From Lepidodermella squamata (taxonomy: Eukaryota > Animalia > Gastrotricha), in NCBI GenBank assembly GCA_047495785.1, contig JBLDXI010000042.1, forward strand, positions 62,001-126,000: DNA of 64,000 nucleotides, read 5' to 3'. Both the position numbers and the translations under genes were made by a program. Positions 1-12,812 of the stretch are shown in pieces; the first letter of the stretch is position 1; each line of letters starts with the position of its first letter. The notes below the pieces were generated by a model. The model was not told the DNA's origin. It did no database searches and saw only the letters and a list, made by a program, of their open reading frames with translations.

Positions 1-1976
1 ATTATTGCAGATCGATGCCGCTATTTTGGTCAAAGCCGGAGCTAACGTAACCCTGGATGCCGCTGCAAGCTCCCTTGTAAATCAAATGCAAGGTTTGCCG
101 GGAAAGGTGATTTTTTAATTAAATTCTCAAGTATTATATAAATGATGTGATTTTTGAAGGCTGTTAAACGACCACCACCTGAGGAGGTAAGATTTTTTCG
201 AAAAATTTATTTTTTGTTTTAATTATGTATTATGTTGCCTAGACCTGGAATGAGTTCGCCGAAGAATTTTTTCGTCGCGCTGATAAATCCATGAAGCGAA
301 TTGGTGACGACATGATTGGAACTGTCAGCCTTCAAATCGAAGACATGCTAGGGCATTTTAGCATTCACCTTGACGAAATTATGGAACGTAAATTGCACAA
401 ATATCGCGTAAATGAATCGTTGTATTTTTGGAATTCTCACTATATTCTATTTTTAGGACATTATTGACCCGCCTCTCGCGAGCCCGCCGGTAATGCTCCA
501 AAAGCCTAGCATCAGCTGTAATAACGGTAAATTGTGAAATCGTTCTGCTGAATAGGTGCTTTCAATCAATTTTTTTATTTTAGACTTTTCGCATGAGGGG
601 GAGGACTCGGCTGGATCGGCAGATGAAGACCATGGAATCGATGACACAGGCGACAATGACGCCGGTAATGGGGCTGAAAGGCAAAACTATGACAGTGGCA
701 ATGCAAATGATGAAGAAGTCGAAGTTGAGCAAGAAGGCGTCGAGTCGATTATTGGCTCGGGCGAAGAAAGTGTGGATGGCGATGACGCAAATGGCGACGA
801 CGCGAATGCCGGCGTTGCGAATGGCGACGAGGCGAATGCCGGCGACGCGAATGGCGGCGATGCGAATGGCGGCGATGCAAATGGCGGCGATGCAAATGGC
901 GACGAGGCGAATGGCGGCGATGCGAATGGCGGCGATGCGAATGGCGACGAGGCGAATGGCGACGAGGCGAATGCCGGCGGGGCGGTCGAAGTGGCTGAAT
1001 CGGGTTCCAAAGGCCGCGCAAAAATCTATGGAACGGATGCGGTTTGTTGGAATTTTATCCCTATCTAAATTTTCAACAAATTAGCTTTTAAACGAATCGA
1101 AATAATTAGAAATTTTGAAATTTTTCAGGTTATTAGGAATATGAAAAATTATTTTGAGGAATTTTCAAATTGAAATTGATTGCTCGAATTGAATTTTAAA
1201 TTGACTCTTTATTTTATTGATTTTTTTAGTATTTGAGAATTTTCTAAGAAATTTTGAATTTATTTTTGGGTAATATTGTATCTAAGTAAACAAAATGGCA
1301 AATCATAAAAATTAATAATTAAAAATTACATCCAATTTTGATAAAAATTTTGTGTAATTTTTGATTATTAATTTTTATGATTTGAAATTTTATGATATTT
1401 TGATAAAATTTTGATAAAAATTCTGTATTGAGGCATAAAAATTCCAAATTGCATTCAATGATTTGTGATTTTTTCTGTTTAAATTTTTTTTAAAATTTAT
1501 CCCAATTTTCGACATATAATAATGGCGTTATGCATTTTCAGTACATTTTTGCTGCTAATCAAACGGCTGACAAGCAGCTTGAAATAGTGAAAGCGCTGGC
1601 TAGCCGGAAAATTGAGGAGTTGTCTTCAAAAAGCCCTCATGCCCAAATTGCGCCGGGGCGGATTCTCTCAGCTATCATGTTTGCCACGCATTCGAAGGCG
1701 GCCATGTCGGTTTTGCATTTTTTTGATAAAAACCTTGATATATGTGTTCTTTTCAGTATGAAAGCTCTGGGGATACCGGGTGGATTTGAAGCGTCGTTTG
1801 GTAAAGCCAAATTTCATTTAATTAAAGGTCAATATTATGAATATAATAATTTCTTGATAACATATATTTACATTTCAGTTGCTTTAAAAGAGACGTCGCA
1901 ACGAGACGAAAAGGTGGTTATCAAGGCGATGCAGGATTTTATTACAAACACTCGAGCGAAAATTGCATACTTATAA
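1..1976 (+). CDS. Partial multi-exon gene of unknown function with an acidic Gly/Asp/Ala/Asn repeat exon
   Basis: Short open exons with GT/AG ends (about 11-106, 160-186, 244-388, the repeat exon from about 584, and several exons between 1541 and 1976). The 5' end lies outside the window and exact junctions are not all resolved. Confidence 0.55.
778..980 (+). repeat. 15-bp coding minisatellite encoding (G-G/D-D/E-A-N)n
   Basis: About 13 tandem units resembling GGCGGCGATGCGAAT / GGCGACGAGGCGAAT. Confidence 0.9.
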
Positions 1977-2414
1977 CTGCGCTATAATGACTTTGCGCGA
2001 ATGTCGCCGGATGCTCTTTTAATTTTTACCCTTAATTCAATAATGATTGATTAATCATCCTGCTTTTATACTTTCGGTTTTATCGCCCAATCGTGAAAAC
2101 TGACTACTTAAACTACTTAACTACTTTAAAAACTTGGCAATAAATAAAACTTCCGAATTTCGCTTGAGACAGATGAGTGATGAGAACCGGTCGCCATGAG
2201 ATATTACAGTTAACTTATTCACGAAGTTTTTTGAGAATATGAAAAGTTAGATGAAAGTTTTTGAAAGTTTTCCAGCGTAAAGTTGGTTTTATTCACTCAC
2301 TGCAGAGCATTAAAGATGCACTTTTCATCGACAAAAAACTGACGAGAGAAGGCGAAAAACTGGACTGCCAATATTCCACTTTTCATCAAAAAAACTCTCG
2401 CTAATTTGCATATT

Positions 2415-5400
2415 TAGTTTTTTTGATTTGGGCAGTTAAAAGGCCCGAAATTGTCGCTCAGGGAAAGAACACTTCGTTTAAAAAAATCGATTCTATCTGA
2501 CCCCAACCCAGGCGAGAAATGTAGAATAATTCCTAAAATACTGACAATTTCCACGTGTGAATTCTGGAAAAATTCGTTTTCAACTCACCCTATTTTGCAA
2601 ACTTCGAAGTTGTTGAATATTTGACCGTCATTCCACGGTATCTATTGTCAAAAAATGACTGTCATTTATATCGGAGGATAGAAACAATTTCTACCGTGTC
2701 ATTTGGGCAATTTGATGTGCGCGGGACGCAAACAAGAGATCGTTTCATTGCGCCATCAACGCATTTGATATCGCGGGGTGGGCGACAGAACGACCTGACT
2801 AAAATAGAAACAAATGGCGTAATGCTTTTGGCGCATAGAAAAAACTGGCGTTCCGTTTTTTCGGCACGCGACTGACTTGGCGGAGATGCAAAAAATAGTT
2901 TTACGCCATTTGTTTCTATTTTAGTCGGGTCGTTCTGTCGCCCACCCCGCGATATGCGTGCCCTGTCGGAAAAAAATAACGTAAATGAGTAATTTCCGAA
3001 ATCAGTTACTCACCTGAATCAAGGTTCGGCAAATATTGAATGATTCAGCCAGAGAGCCAGACGATCCTGAGATACGCCCAAGCTAACAACGAACTATATT
3101 TGAACTATATTTTGCTCGTCGATAGTAGAACTTTCACTTCGGCAGTTTTTACTTTTATAACTGAAAAAAACTCGGCATGCACTGCTTCAAAAAAGACAGT
3201 TTGACGGAAATCCCTCTATGCCAGTTTCATTTTATTCATCAAAACTGAATCAATTGAAAAATTAAAAAAAGTCAAGTTAATTGTGGATGCTGTTTCACGA
3301 GACGCCATGCTCGAATGACTGCTATGACTGATGCAGAAAACCACCACTGGGGCAGGTCTGAAGAAACTATAGAAATAAATAAAAATTAATAATTGAAGTT
3401 AATTGAACCCGAAAATACCTACCTTTTATCTTTTTATCGATACCGTTACGAATTGTTGACCGACTGGTTAAGACTGGTTTGGCAGCAGAATCGATTCGCG
3501 GGATAAACCTTCAAAAATTGCGAGTAAATTAAAGAAAATTCAAATAATTTTGAAATAACCTCGATATTTTGATAAATATCTGACTTGTCCAAATTGCATG
3601 GCCAACAGACCTCGAAGCAAGGCGGCGGGAATCGATGGAACACACAGTGCGAAATTGAGGCCGGACGAAAAATTCTTACTAAATAGGACATGTTTTGGAA
3701 TTGAAAACAAAAATATGATGATTTGAAGGAACCAAAAAGCCACATTTTTGAAGCATGGTGTGATTACGCAACACCCCGATGCCTGTGTGCACAACAATCG
3801 AGCGCCCCAATAACAATGATTTTGCCCTATTTCAGCTTTTATTTCGAACGACAATTTTCAGTCATTAAAAATTTGGCTTTTAAGAAAAATCCAAATTATC
3901 GAATTTTGCTGTCATTCTTAATTCTTATATTTTTAATGGTTCAGGCTGAAAACAAAAAAAAATTCGGTTATTTTTTGGATCCAGGTAAATAATTAGTAAA
4001 AATTAGGGAAAATCGGGAAAAAACGAGAAATTTCATGATAAATAAAGACAGTTTGATCCGGATAGGTAAAAGGCAGTTTTCCGAGTCAGGGCATTTTCCG
4101 CAAAAAAAAAATCGAGGCCTAGGCATCAAATTTCGTTCACTTTCGTTCAACACTTTTCACTTTGCAGTGAAAATAAAGAAAAATAGAATTTTTTTTAACG
4201 GTGACGAAGAAATATTTCACCTGGCAGTTAACTTCGGGTATCGGGTCGCAAAATGCCGAATTTCCCAAGTTTCATAAAAAAAACTGTGTCAATTTCGTGA
4301 AGTGACTGGTTTCCTGATTGAAACTTCCAGTTTTTTCCAAAAACCGCAGTAAGTTTCGAAAAATGATGAAAAATGACAGTAAACGGCGTTTTTGGGCAGT
4401 TACCTGTAATTCCCACTGGAACTTCGCAGTATTTCGCAAAAAACGTGCACTATTGTCAAAAAATGACTGTCATTTATATCGGAGGATAGAAACAATTTCT
4501 ACCGTGTCATTTGGGCAATTTGATGTGCGCGGGACGCAAACAAGAGATCGTTTCATTGCGCCATCAACGCATTTGATATGCGTGCCCTGTCGGAAAAAAA
4601 TAACGTAAATGAGTAATTTCCGAAATCAGTTACTCACCTGAATCAAGGTTCGGCAAATATTGAATGATTCAGCCAGAGAGCCAGACGATCCTGAGATACG
4701 CCCAAGCTAACAACGAACTATATTTGAACCGGCTCAAATTTCAGATATTTGAATAAACTTACATCAAATTGTCCATATCCATTAGGGCAGGTTTCAAGGC
4801 ATGTGCCACCGCTTTCCGAATCGTAGCACATTTGAATACCCTATTTTCAGGCAAATAAAGCATGCACTTACCAGAGACATTGGAGACGGGCAGTTGTTGC
4901 GGCATACTAGGCCATTCGATGAGGAGCAAAGCGCTGCGGGCTGTGGTTCGAGATTTAAATGAAGATATCCGAATCGGAAAAATTAAACTAACGCCATTGA
5001 GGCAGTGAGTTTTGTCCATGTAGGAGCCATCACTGTAGGATGTAGGACTAACAATCGACTTACAAAATGAGAGGTGCGTTAGTGAGTGATAGCCTACTTG
5101 CGTCGATGTGGTCGAGTTGCATGGAGCTGATTGGCAGCCGACAAAGGACCGGTCAGTTTTGAGAGAGCATCGATAATGCGGTAGAAAATCGGCTTCATTG
5201 CGTACGACTAAAAAGATGGAGAAGTAACAAGAAAATGATATCATTCAAAGAGTGTTTAGAGCGGGTCTGCTAAATGCTCAACATTGCAATGTATAACGAC
5301 TCACGTTGTTCCTGGGCCATGCAGGACAGCGTTGAAGAAAACCAGCGCACCAAATTCTACGAGTAGGTAAACATTTTAATTGAATTGGAAATGTTCACAA

Positions 5401-6330
5401 CTACTCAGAAATTTGCAATTCAAAAAACTTCTAGTGGGCGTGCAGTTTTGTAAGTTTATACCTATTTCAAGAATTTTACACAAATTAAAATGTTAACAAC
5501 TGAACACTAATTTAAAAGTATACTCTAAAATATAAAATAATTATTTTAATTTTTTATTAATTATTCAAATAAATTGAAAATTAATTTTATTACATTTTTA
5601 AATTGTTTACATTAATCAAATGAAATTAATTTTCGAAATCTGAAATTCTGATATTTGGCTAATTAGAAACTCACTCCACTATTAGGGCACGATCCATTTT
5701 TCGGAATGCAGGTCCGCTGGCCTTTTTTGTCACACAGTGCCGATTCGATGTTCTGCGTGGAAATATCAACTCAGTCCTCAAATTATACAAAAAAAGCGGC
5801 TTACCAGAAAACCTTTAATTGTCGACCTACACAGCTTGTACTGCGCTTCAAAGTTATTGCCTAGAAATTCAGCAGTCTAAAATAAAAATTTGAAATTAGA
5901 AAGCCATAAATTTGAAGAAATTTGAAGACACTAACCATGACTTCATCGGCCGCAGAACAACCCAAGTTGCGGGGGATACGACAACGCATGTTGATGGTTT
6001 TGTAGTTGAAACAGCTCCGCGCCGCCTGAGAAATGCCAGTGAATGTGATTAAAATTAATTATGGATTCGAAATTTCAATATCTCACCCCATCCACGCAAC
6101 TGGCGTATGATGGCAGGAGTGTTCCGAGCTGAAAAACCGGTAGTTGGGTTTTATAGGGAAATAACTCAATACATAACTGTATCACACACCTGAACTTCGT
6201 CGAGGAAGGAACAGGCCGTTTTGCAGCCGGTGAAGCTGTCATTGAGCCGAGAGAAGCAGCGCTTGTAGTCGACTGAGAAGGCCGAATCGGCTAAGCTCAG
6301 GATTAGAATTAGGACGATAGTTGTAGCCAT
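2415..6330 (-). CDS. Many-exon secreted cysteine-rich protein of unknown family; 3' end approximate
   Basis: ATG at 6330 gives the signal peptide MATTIVLILILSLADSAFS. Successive exons splice in frame with GT/AG ends: ..CKTACSFLDEVQ|LGTLLPSYASCVDG|AARSCFNYK..DEVM|TAEFLGNN..KGFL|NIESALCDKK..NSG|..|PAALCSSS..MSL|GIQMCYD..GQFD|LGRISG..TLIQ|GTHIKCVDG..NDT|CTFFAKYCEV... Some junctions are unresolved. Confidence 0.7.
2642..3108. repeat. Internal duplication of 4450-4729 (two exons plus introns); this copy carries a MITE
   Basis: Near-identical sequence ctattgtcaaaaaatgactg...tatatttgaac at both positions. Confidence 0.9.
2772..2951. mobile_element. 180-bp palindromic MITE with ATAT (or TA) target duplication
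   Basis: Inverted arms of about 50 bp (cgcggggtgggcgacagaacgacc...). The empty site gcatttgatatgcgtg is visible in the duplicate at about 4569-4584. Confidence 0.9.
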
Positions 6331-7109
6331 GTTATTTAAAATGATAGAAATATCTCTTCTATGCGTTTAAAAAAAACCAGAATGAAAATGAACATTTTAA
6401 TTTCACCAAAACCACCGTGACACGCGTTGTCTGACGCCATTTTGAAAAAATCCTTTAAACTTGCACCCAATTCACAGCCGATACACGTCTTGAACTCGAA
6501 AAAAAGACGAACGCGCGATCTCAAAGATACATTTTTGTCTTGTTGTTAGGAGAAAAATAGCCAAATAAGGTTAAAAATTGTATCGTGATAAAATTTGAAG
6601 CCTTTCATTTCTTATACTTATTATTTCAAAATCTACATATTGAATTTCAGTTTTTGAATATTAATATTAAAACGAAGTGATTTTTTCAATCGATCATGGA
6701 TGTGAAAAAGGCTAATTTTTCAGTGGTCCTTTTTTTAGAGAAAAAATTATTGGCTGAAATTTCTAAATTCCAGTAATCGAATTTCGCTCTGCCACTGCCA
6801 CTGGTTGTCCCAGAAATTTGCTTGACTGACGTGAACTCAATGTGTCATAACAACTCACGCGAATTCGATTGATTGATGGCACTCGGGGAGTGAACGAAGT
6901 AGGATTTCCGAGCTGGTGTGTTCCCAATGTCGACCGAATACAAGGCACCCATTCAAATAAAAAATTTCAAAATGTTCAGACATTTATATAGAAAATGTAT
7001 GTAATAGGGAATAGTTGCCCGACCGCAAAACCGCTGATATCGAAGCTGTGATGGATTGGGACGGCCAACTCGCGAAATCTCAAAGTTTATCGTCTGATAG
7101 GGATAAGAC

Positions 7110-7430
7110 GTGTTGGTAAACGCCATTAATTTGAGCTGCTGTCCATGAGTATTATGAAGTTGCCAGGCTGTTGCTTGACCGAAATTCGTCGATCGATCGA
7201 GGATCTCCAACGCTGATGCATTTGGGCTAACGCAGAGCGAGTCGAACAGCTGATGCTGGACTGAAACGCTTCAATTGAAGCCACAAAACGGAGAGACGGC
7301 ACTCAGCGCGCGAAGTAGGATCCTCGAACTAGGGGGTATTTTCAGGCACAAATTTTGTGACCAAAGAGTCCCCCTGCTAGATTTAGGTGCAAAAGTTGAC
7401 GTTGCAGATACAGCGCTAGAAAGGGCTGTG
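7110..7430 (+). pseudogene. Degraded ankyrin-repeat pseudogene related to the last exon of the 33578-35167 gene
   Basis: Blocks ccattaatttgagctgctgtccatg..gctgttgcttgaccgaaattcgtcgatc, gcttcaattgaagcc..gagacggca and aggtgcaaaagttgacgttgcagat match about 34766-35048, with stops, deletions and a small repeat inserted. Confidence 0.7.
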
Positions 7431-7511
7431 TGGAAAGTTTCTTTTTGAATATTTGAACAACTTTTGTTTCACAAAGCATATACGGAACAAAACGCCGGCC
7501 TTAGCAATAAT

Positions 7512-7791
7512 TTATTTCAACCTAGCATCACTACTAGTTGACAATGCAAAAATATATGATTGTGACTCCAGGCAATAATATATGGATGGATCACCAAAGC
7601 TCTGAATCGTCCCAGGAAGGCCATCTTCGGCGGTAACACAGGGTATTGGTCTTCGCGTCGATTGGCATATGAGTGTCATGAGGGTAAGAGCAGCCTATGT
7701 GGAAATGAATCGTTAGGCTCTAAAGGGTATGATTTTGATTACGAGGCTTTCTTACCAAAACAGCGATCATCAATGCGAGCTTAGCTGCCAT
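7512..7791 (-). CDS. Small secreted Cys-loop peptide, single-loop form (72 aa, 2 exons)
   Basis: Exons 7791-7756 and 7694-7512: MAAKLALMIAVL|AALTLMTLICQSTRRPIPCVTAEDGLPGTIQSFGDPSIYYCLESQSYIFALSTSSDARLK*. Intron position matches the paralogues. Confidence 0.7.
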
Positions 7792-9902
7792 GAAGGACAA
7801 TATTTCGAAGTTTTCTTGAAGATAGAAAATTGAATAATGACATGAGAGTAGCTCATCTAGCTTATCGATGAGCACTCTGTCAGTCATTGTATGTTTTGTA
7901 TCATAGCGCACAACGAAAAAATGTTCGGTAGAATGATGACGTCAAGAGGCTTCTCATTAAAACGGCGATCACCAATGCGGGCTTAGCTGCTAATATATGA
8001 GTAATTAAATGATGAAAGAAAATATTCCGACTTTTTTTCTTGAAGATAGAAACCTGAATAGTGACGTAAGCACTCTAGGGCTTAAACTAACGGCGTGAGG
8101 GCGACTGATTCAACAAATTGAATAATTTCTTAGGCACTGATGAGAAATCGACTAAAAAAAGTTGACCGACTAAAAATGAAGGAAATAAGTTGAACACAGA
8201 CGACATGATGATCCTGCTGGTGAAAAAATAAAAATTTTTGGTGTTCAGATAATGAAATGGTTAATTATCTCTTTTTTTCAAAACAACCGAGTGCAACAAG
8301 CTTGGCGAACTCGTTCGACGATTGACGGCTAGTTCGAGCAGCGCCAAGACTCTACAATCACCGTTGTCGCTCCTTCACATCACGCTTTAGCGATATTTTA
8401 CAGGTGAGCTGCTTTCTTCTCTGGCTTCAATCTGAATTTTCATTGAATCAAGGTCTCAAGGTCGCCGATGTGCACTAAATAATTCTTGCAGCCGCCGCTT
8501 TTCCAGCCTAACAAACAATTTCAGCCAGCGCAACGGATCATTCAAATCAGTGGCAGAATGGCTAACGAGAAGTCACCTCTCCGTAAAACACTCTATTACC
8601 GCTACTATATCATAACCACAACAGCCCTGAAGCTCGAGCAGGAGAGCCAATGGCCCCAGCGAAACTTCCCTCCAAATAGGTTTTTCGAATCGGCCGAGCT
8701 TCTATTTTCTATATCTCAATATGGAATAACCAAAACTCTGGTGACTGGCAAACTGTGGACAACTTTTTCGCCTGAACTCTTTGGAAATTTCGCTTTTGAA
8801 TACTTATTCTAGTTACTTTTGATTTACTATTAAAATGCACGGTATTGGCTGTCGCGTCGGCATCCGAATGAATGCCATGATTTTAACAGCAGCCTATTTT
8901 GTAATAACGTGCTGAAATAGGCTACAAAGGGTATAAGTGACGTTAAGATGATTCTGGCTTCTGGCCTAAACAACGATCACCCATGCGAGTTTTCTTACCT
9001 ATGTAACTAATTTCGCTACACGATTTTGATTTTAAATGGATTTAAAATACGTTCGAATTCCCGATTATTGGTTCGAGTGCAATATCATGGCGTACCAAGG
9101 AACTCTTATGAATCATGATTTTGATGGTAAACATAACATGTGTATGCCAGCAGCTGATCCAATTTTGTTCATAAGGCCACGCATCTGTCTGTATAAATAA
9201 TTTACACAGACATTTAAATGTAATGATTAGATCCGGTTTTGACGCATTTGACTGTATTTATTAAATGTTAGCGATATGTAGCAAGCTAATGATTCATTCA
9301 CTTTTCACGGATATTTTAGCCGAACCGCCGATGCACTGGAGTTGAAGCTTGCCAGGACGCTCAGATTACAGGCTATTATTACGCAATTATAATTTGCCAA
9401 TATATTTCACGGTTTTAGCTGAACAGGGAAAGGAGGGCTATCGTACCCCCAGTTCGACAGGGCAAAGTGGGGAACCCGCGAAAAAACCACAGGGGGACCC
9501 TTTGGTCGTGAAACTTGGCCCCGAAAATACCCCGTAGCAGTGTGCGACTTTCAGGGGGGGATGGGGGGATCATCCCCCCAGCTCGGCGGGGCCAAACAAC
9601 AAAATGAGAATTTATCCCACTGTTTTGTTAATTTTGGAAGGCTCTGGGGCGTGTTTTAGTGGAAAATCTCCACAATTTTCTCGCTTCTCGGTTATTCGCC
9701 GAAATGACTCGTCATTTTGGCAAATACAGCAAAAAGTTTTTTTCCATCCCTGGGAGCTCGGGGATCGAAGATCGCACCCTGCCCCGTAGTTCGAGGATCC
9801 TACTTCGCGCACTGTAGCTGAAGACCATGAATAAAAACCGGAGAACACGAGAATATTGCCTTTACATGACGGGCAAAACATAACACGTTTGTTTAACACA
9901 AC

Positions 9903-10755
9903 ATGGATAAAGCGCGAATAAATTCTCGTTATATTCTCATACTATCTATCTTGCTTAACATTATACTTTTGTTAGCGTTTATTCGACCGAGTCGAAAATT
10001 AAAAAACTACTCGTATAATGCCAGTAACTTCACGAATTTTACTACAACCGGAATTTATTGGATCGACAAAATTGTTCGAGACAGCCCAAAGAACTCTCTG
10101 AGAATTTTCTTGCCGGAAAATAAGACGGATTTCGAGCCGGAAGCGGATGAAAGATGTAGTCTTGTTACCGGAAAACGAATCGTTTTGACCTTTGGCTCGC
10201 ACGGCCTTTACTTGAAACAGGCCGAGGCTAATTGTGCGATTACAATTGAAAATCCTGGAATCGACGCGTGTGTTGTGGCAAATTTGAAAGTTTTGGATGA
10301 GAGCTTCCGGTCTCGAAATCAGGAGAAAATACTGAGTGCAAAACGAGGAGCCGGCTATTGGCTGTGGAAGCCGTATTTGATTTTCAAGTTTTTGGTCGAA
10401 CTGCCCGAGGAGGATCAACTTTTGTACATGGATGGCGACAGAATGCTAGTAAACGATTTGGAAGAATTTGCCTGTCTTCAGGTTAGAAAAAACTGCTATA
10501 ATCAAATTGGACAAAGGGACCAAATCATTCTCTTATTTTTTACCGGTTTTTCAAGTGTCCATTCGACCCTTAGACTTGGAACCTTGGGTTTCGTTTGACC
10601 TCGTAACTTCCCCTATTCCTTCTTTTCAGGCGCAGTTGGGTCAGTCCGTTGTGCCGTTCTACCAACCATACGACGACCGTTCCTGGACGAAAGCTGACGC
10701 GTATTTCCTGTTGAATGTCGAAAATCTGCTGCCTAGAATAGCCGAAACAATGCAA
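9903..10755 (+). pseudogene. Glycosyltransferase-like copy 1, truncated in exon 2 by a LINE
   Basis: Exon 1 is 9903-10481 and exon 2 starts at 10630. Identity to paralogues stops at ..IAETMQ, where the (GAAAC)n LINE tail begins. The remainder of exon 2 is not found after the LINE. Confidence 0.85.
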
Positions 10756-12000
10756 GAAACGAAACGAAACGAAAAGCTTTTTATTGTGTCCTTTTTTTCA
10801 GCAAATTAATCAGGCCTAACGAAAAACGAAAATATAAAGGATGGAAGGGATGAAAAAAAGGCGCGGGCACAAGACGACAAGGCGCTTGTCCGGGACAGTG
10901 CGCCACTCAGAACATCGGACGGGCACACACTGAAGTTATCACCAGGAGCGGATTATCAGACACAGTGAAATACAGTATAAGACAGAAGACTAGTGACTAG
11001 TGGTAAGAAAGCAGAGACAGAAAGTAGGGGACGGAAGGAGAGGAGATAAGAAAATAAGCAGGAAGGGAAGAAGAGCCTGCTTTTCGCATGAAATTCGAAA
11101 CTCGCTATTGTTAAAGTTAGCATTCGCCATTCGTTGCGATCTCGCGCTGCTATTTGCGTCAGTTCCCAATCAGCTACTTCCTTAGTTTCAACCCTTATCA
11201 CGACCGCTGTTTTCGCCGGTCTCCCAACTTTCGGGGGTCCTTCATAAATTTTTGTGTATTGTAATTTGACCAATCCTATTTTTTGAGACTTCTGTTCATT
11301 GCGTGACGCCAGGTAGTTTTAGGTGCGCCTTAGGGTTTTTTCCATTTGTCGGGGTTATTCCAATTTAGCATTGCGTTTGTCAAGCTGCTAGCTTTATATT
11401 CATCTTCTCGAATAATGTGGCCTAAGTATCTCATTCTTTGTTTTTCTATCAACCTTCCGACCTCTATGACTCCACCGCAAACCAATCTGAGGTCATAGTT
11501 AGGTATGAAGTCCAATAATTTTATGCCCCAAATTGTTCGAAGCCATCGCATCTCAATTACATTCAGGCTATTTTCTTGTGCGACTGTTAGATTCCATGTT
11601 TCACACGCATACATGATGGTAGGAATAATCACACAATTTAGAACCTTCATTTTTGTTTCTATACTTATATGGCCTCTGTTGCACATAAATTTGTTCATTG
11701 CCCCAAATCAGCTCCCTGCCTTGGCGATTCGAGCGTTCAGTTCTTTATCCATTTTTCCGTCATTAGTAATTATGCTTCCTAAATATTTAAAAGAGTCGAC
11801 TTTTTCGAGTTTCTGATCACCTAAAAATAGTTCTTCATCTCCCTTGCCTCATACAACCATGTATTGGGTTTTCGCAAAATTAATTTTAAGTCCGAGTTCT
11901 ATACATGCCTTATTGAAAATGTCAAGGAGAGTTCGAATCTCCTCGTCAGTCATACCTATAAGCGTGCCGTCGTCGGCAAAAGCCAAAAGATTCAATAATT
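10756..12000 (-). mobile_element. 5'-truncated, decayed non-LTR retrotransposon (RTE-like LINE)
   Basis: RT motif LLAFADDGTLI at about 11960-11995, then F-KYLGS, PTIMYACETW, EMRWLR and RYLGHIIR, with in-frame stops. The 3' end has AATAAA followed by a (TTTCG)n tail. Confidence 0.9.
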
Positions 12001-12812
12001 CCTTTTTATCGAGGGGTTTTTATCGAAAGGGTTGTCATTCTTGATCGTTATCAATATCGTGATATCGTGATATCGTGTATTCGAAATTTGCAACTCCATG
12101 AGACCCCACTCTAAGTTTCACCTGACAACAAGGTTCGGGTTGAAATCGGCGCGAAGAACCCTGACGTAAATGACGATTGGAGGAAGTTTAAAAAAGGAAA
12201 TGAAAATGGCCCCTAAATACGAGTTATCATATTGTTTATTTCTCATCTGCTTCCAGTGGCTCACCAGTGCTTAGGACGCAGAAACTGAAAACAGAGAACT
12301 GGTCAGGATAGGGAAAATCGGCAAAGGGGCCTTTTTTGTCTTCGAATGAGTTTACCTAGCATAACGATTGAACTGGGAGGGATGATCCCCAACATCCCTA
12401 GCGGTACTTCCCTCTCCGACGGAAAGAGTTAGAGAAAGTGGGCTGTGGGCTCTGCTGGATAGGCGAAGGGCTACTGGCTACTCTCTAATCTCCAATGTTG
12501 CTTGGTTTCCAAGTTGTAGCATGGTCCCGGATCTGTGCCACAAGAACAGTTTGTCGCACGCGACAAAATTTTCAAGCTCGACTATCTGTTAGTGTCGCGT
12601 CGCTGTTTTCGTGCGATACACCCACGACAGTCGCGTTGTCACGCGCGACACTTGAACTGGCACTTGACGGAGTGATTTCTTTCGGCACGCAAGCAAGAAA
12701 GCAAAAAATTGCCATGAGTCATATCGGCACGTATAAATGTACTAGCGTGTCAGATCTACTGTACTTATATATCTTTACACGAAACATGAAATGTTTACTA
12801 CCAAATTTATGA

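Noticed and set aside
593-1084. Alternative-frame ORFs (MAAMR.., FASPP.., HSPRR..)
   Set aside because: These are shadows of the 15-bp repeat, which lacks stop codons in several frames.
2642-4729. Direct repeats as the LTRs of a TRIM/LARD element
   Set aside because: There are no TG...CA ends, PBS or PPT. The repeat corresponds to two in-frame exons of the minus-strand Cys-rich gene.
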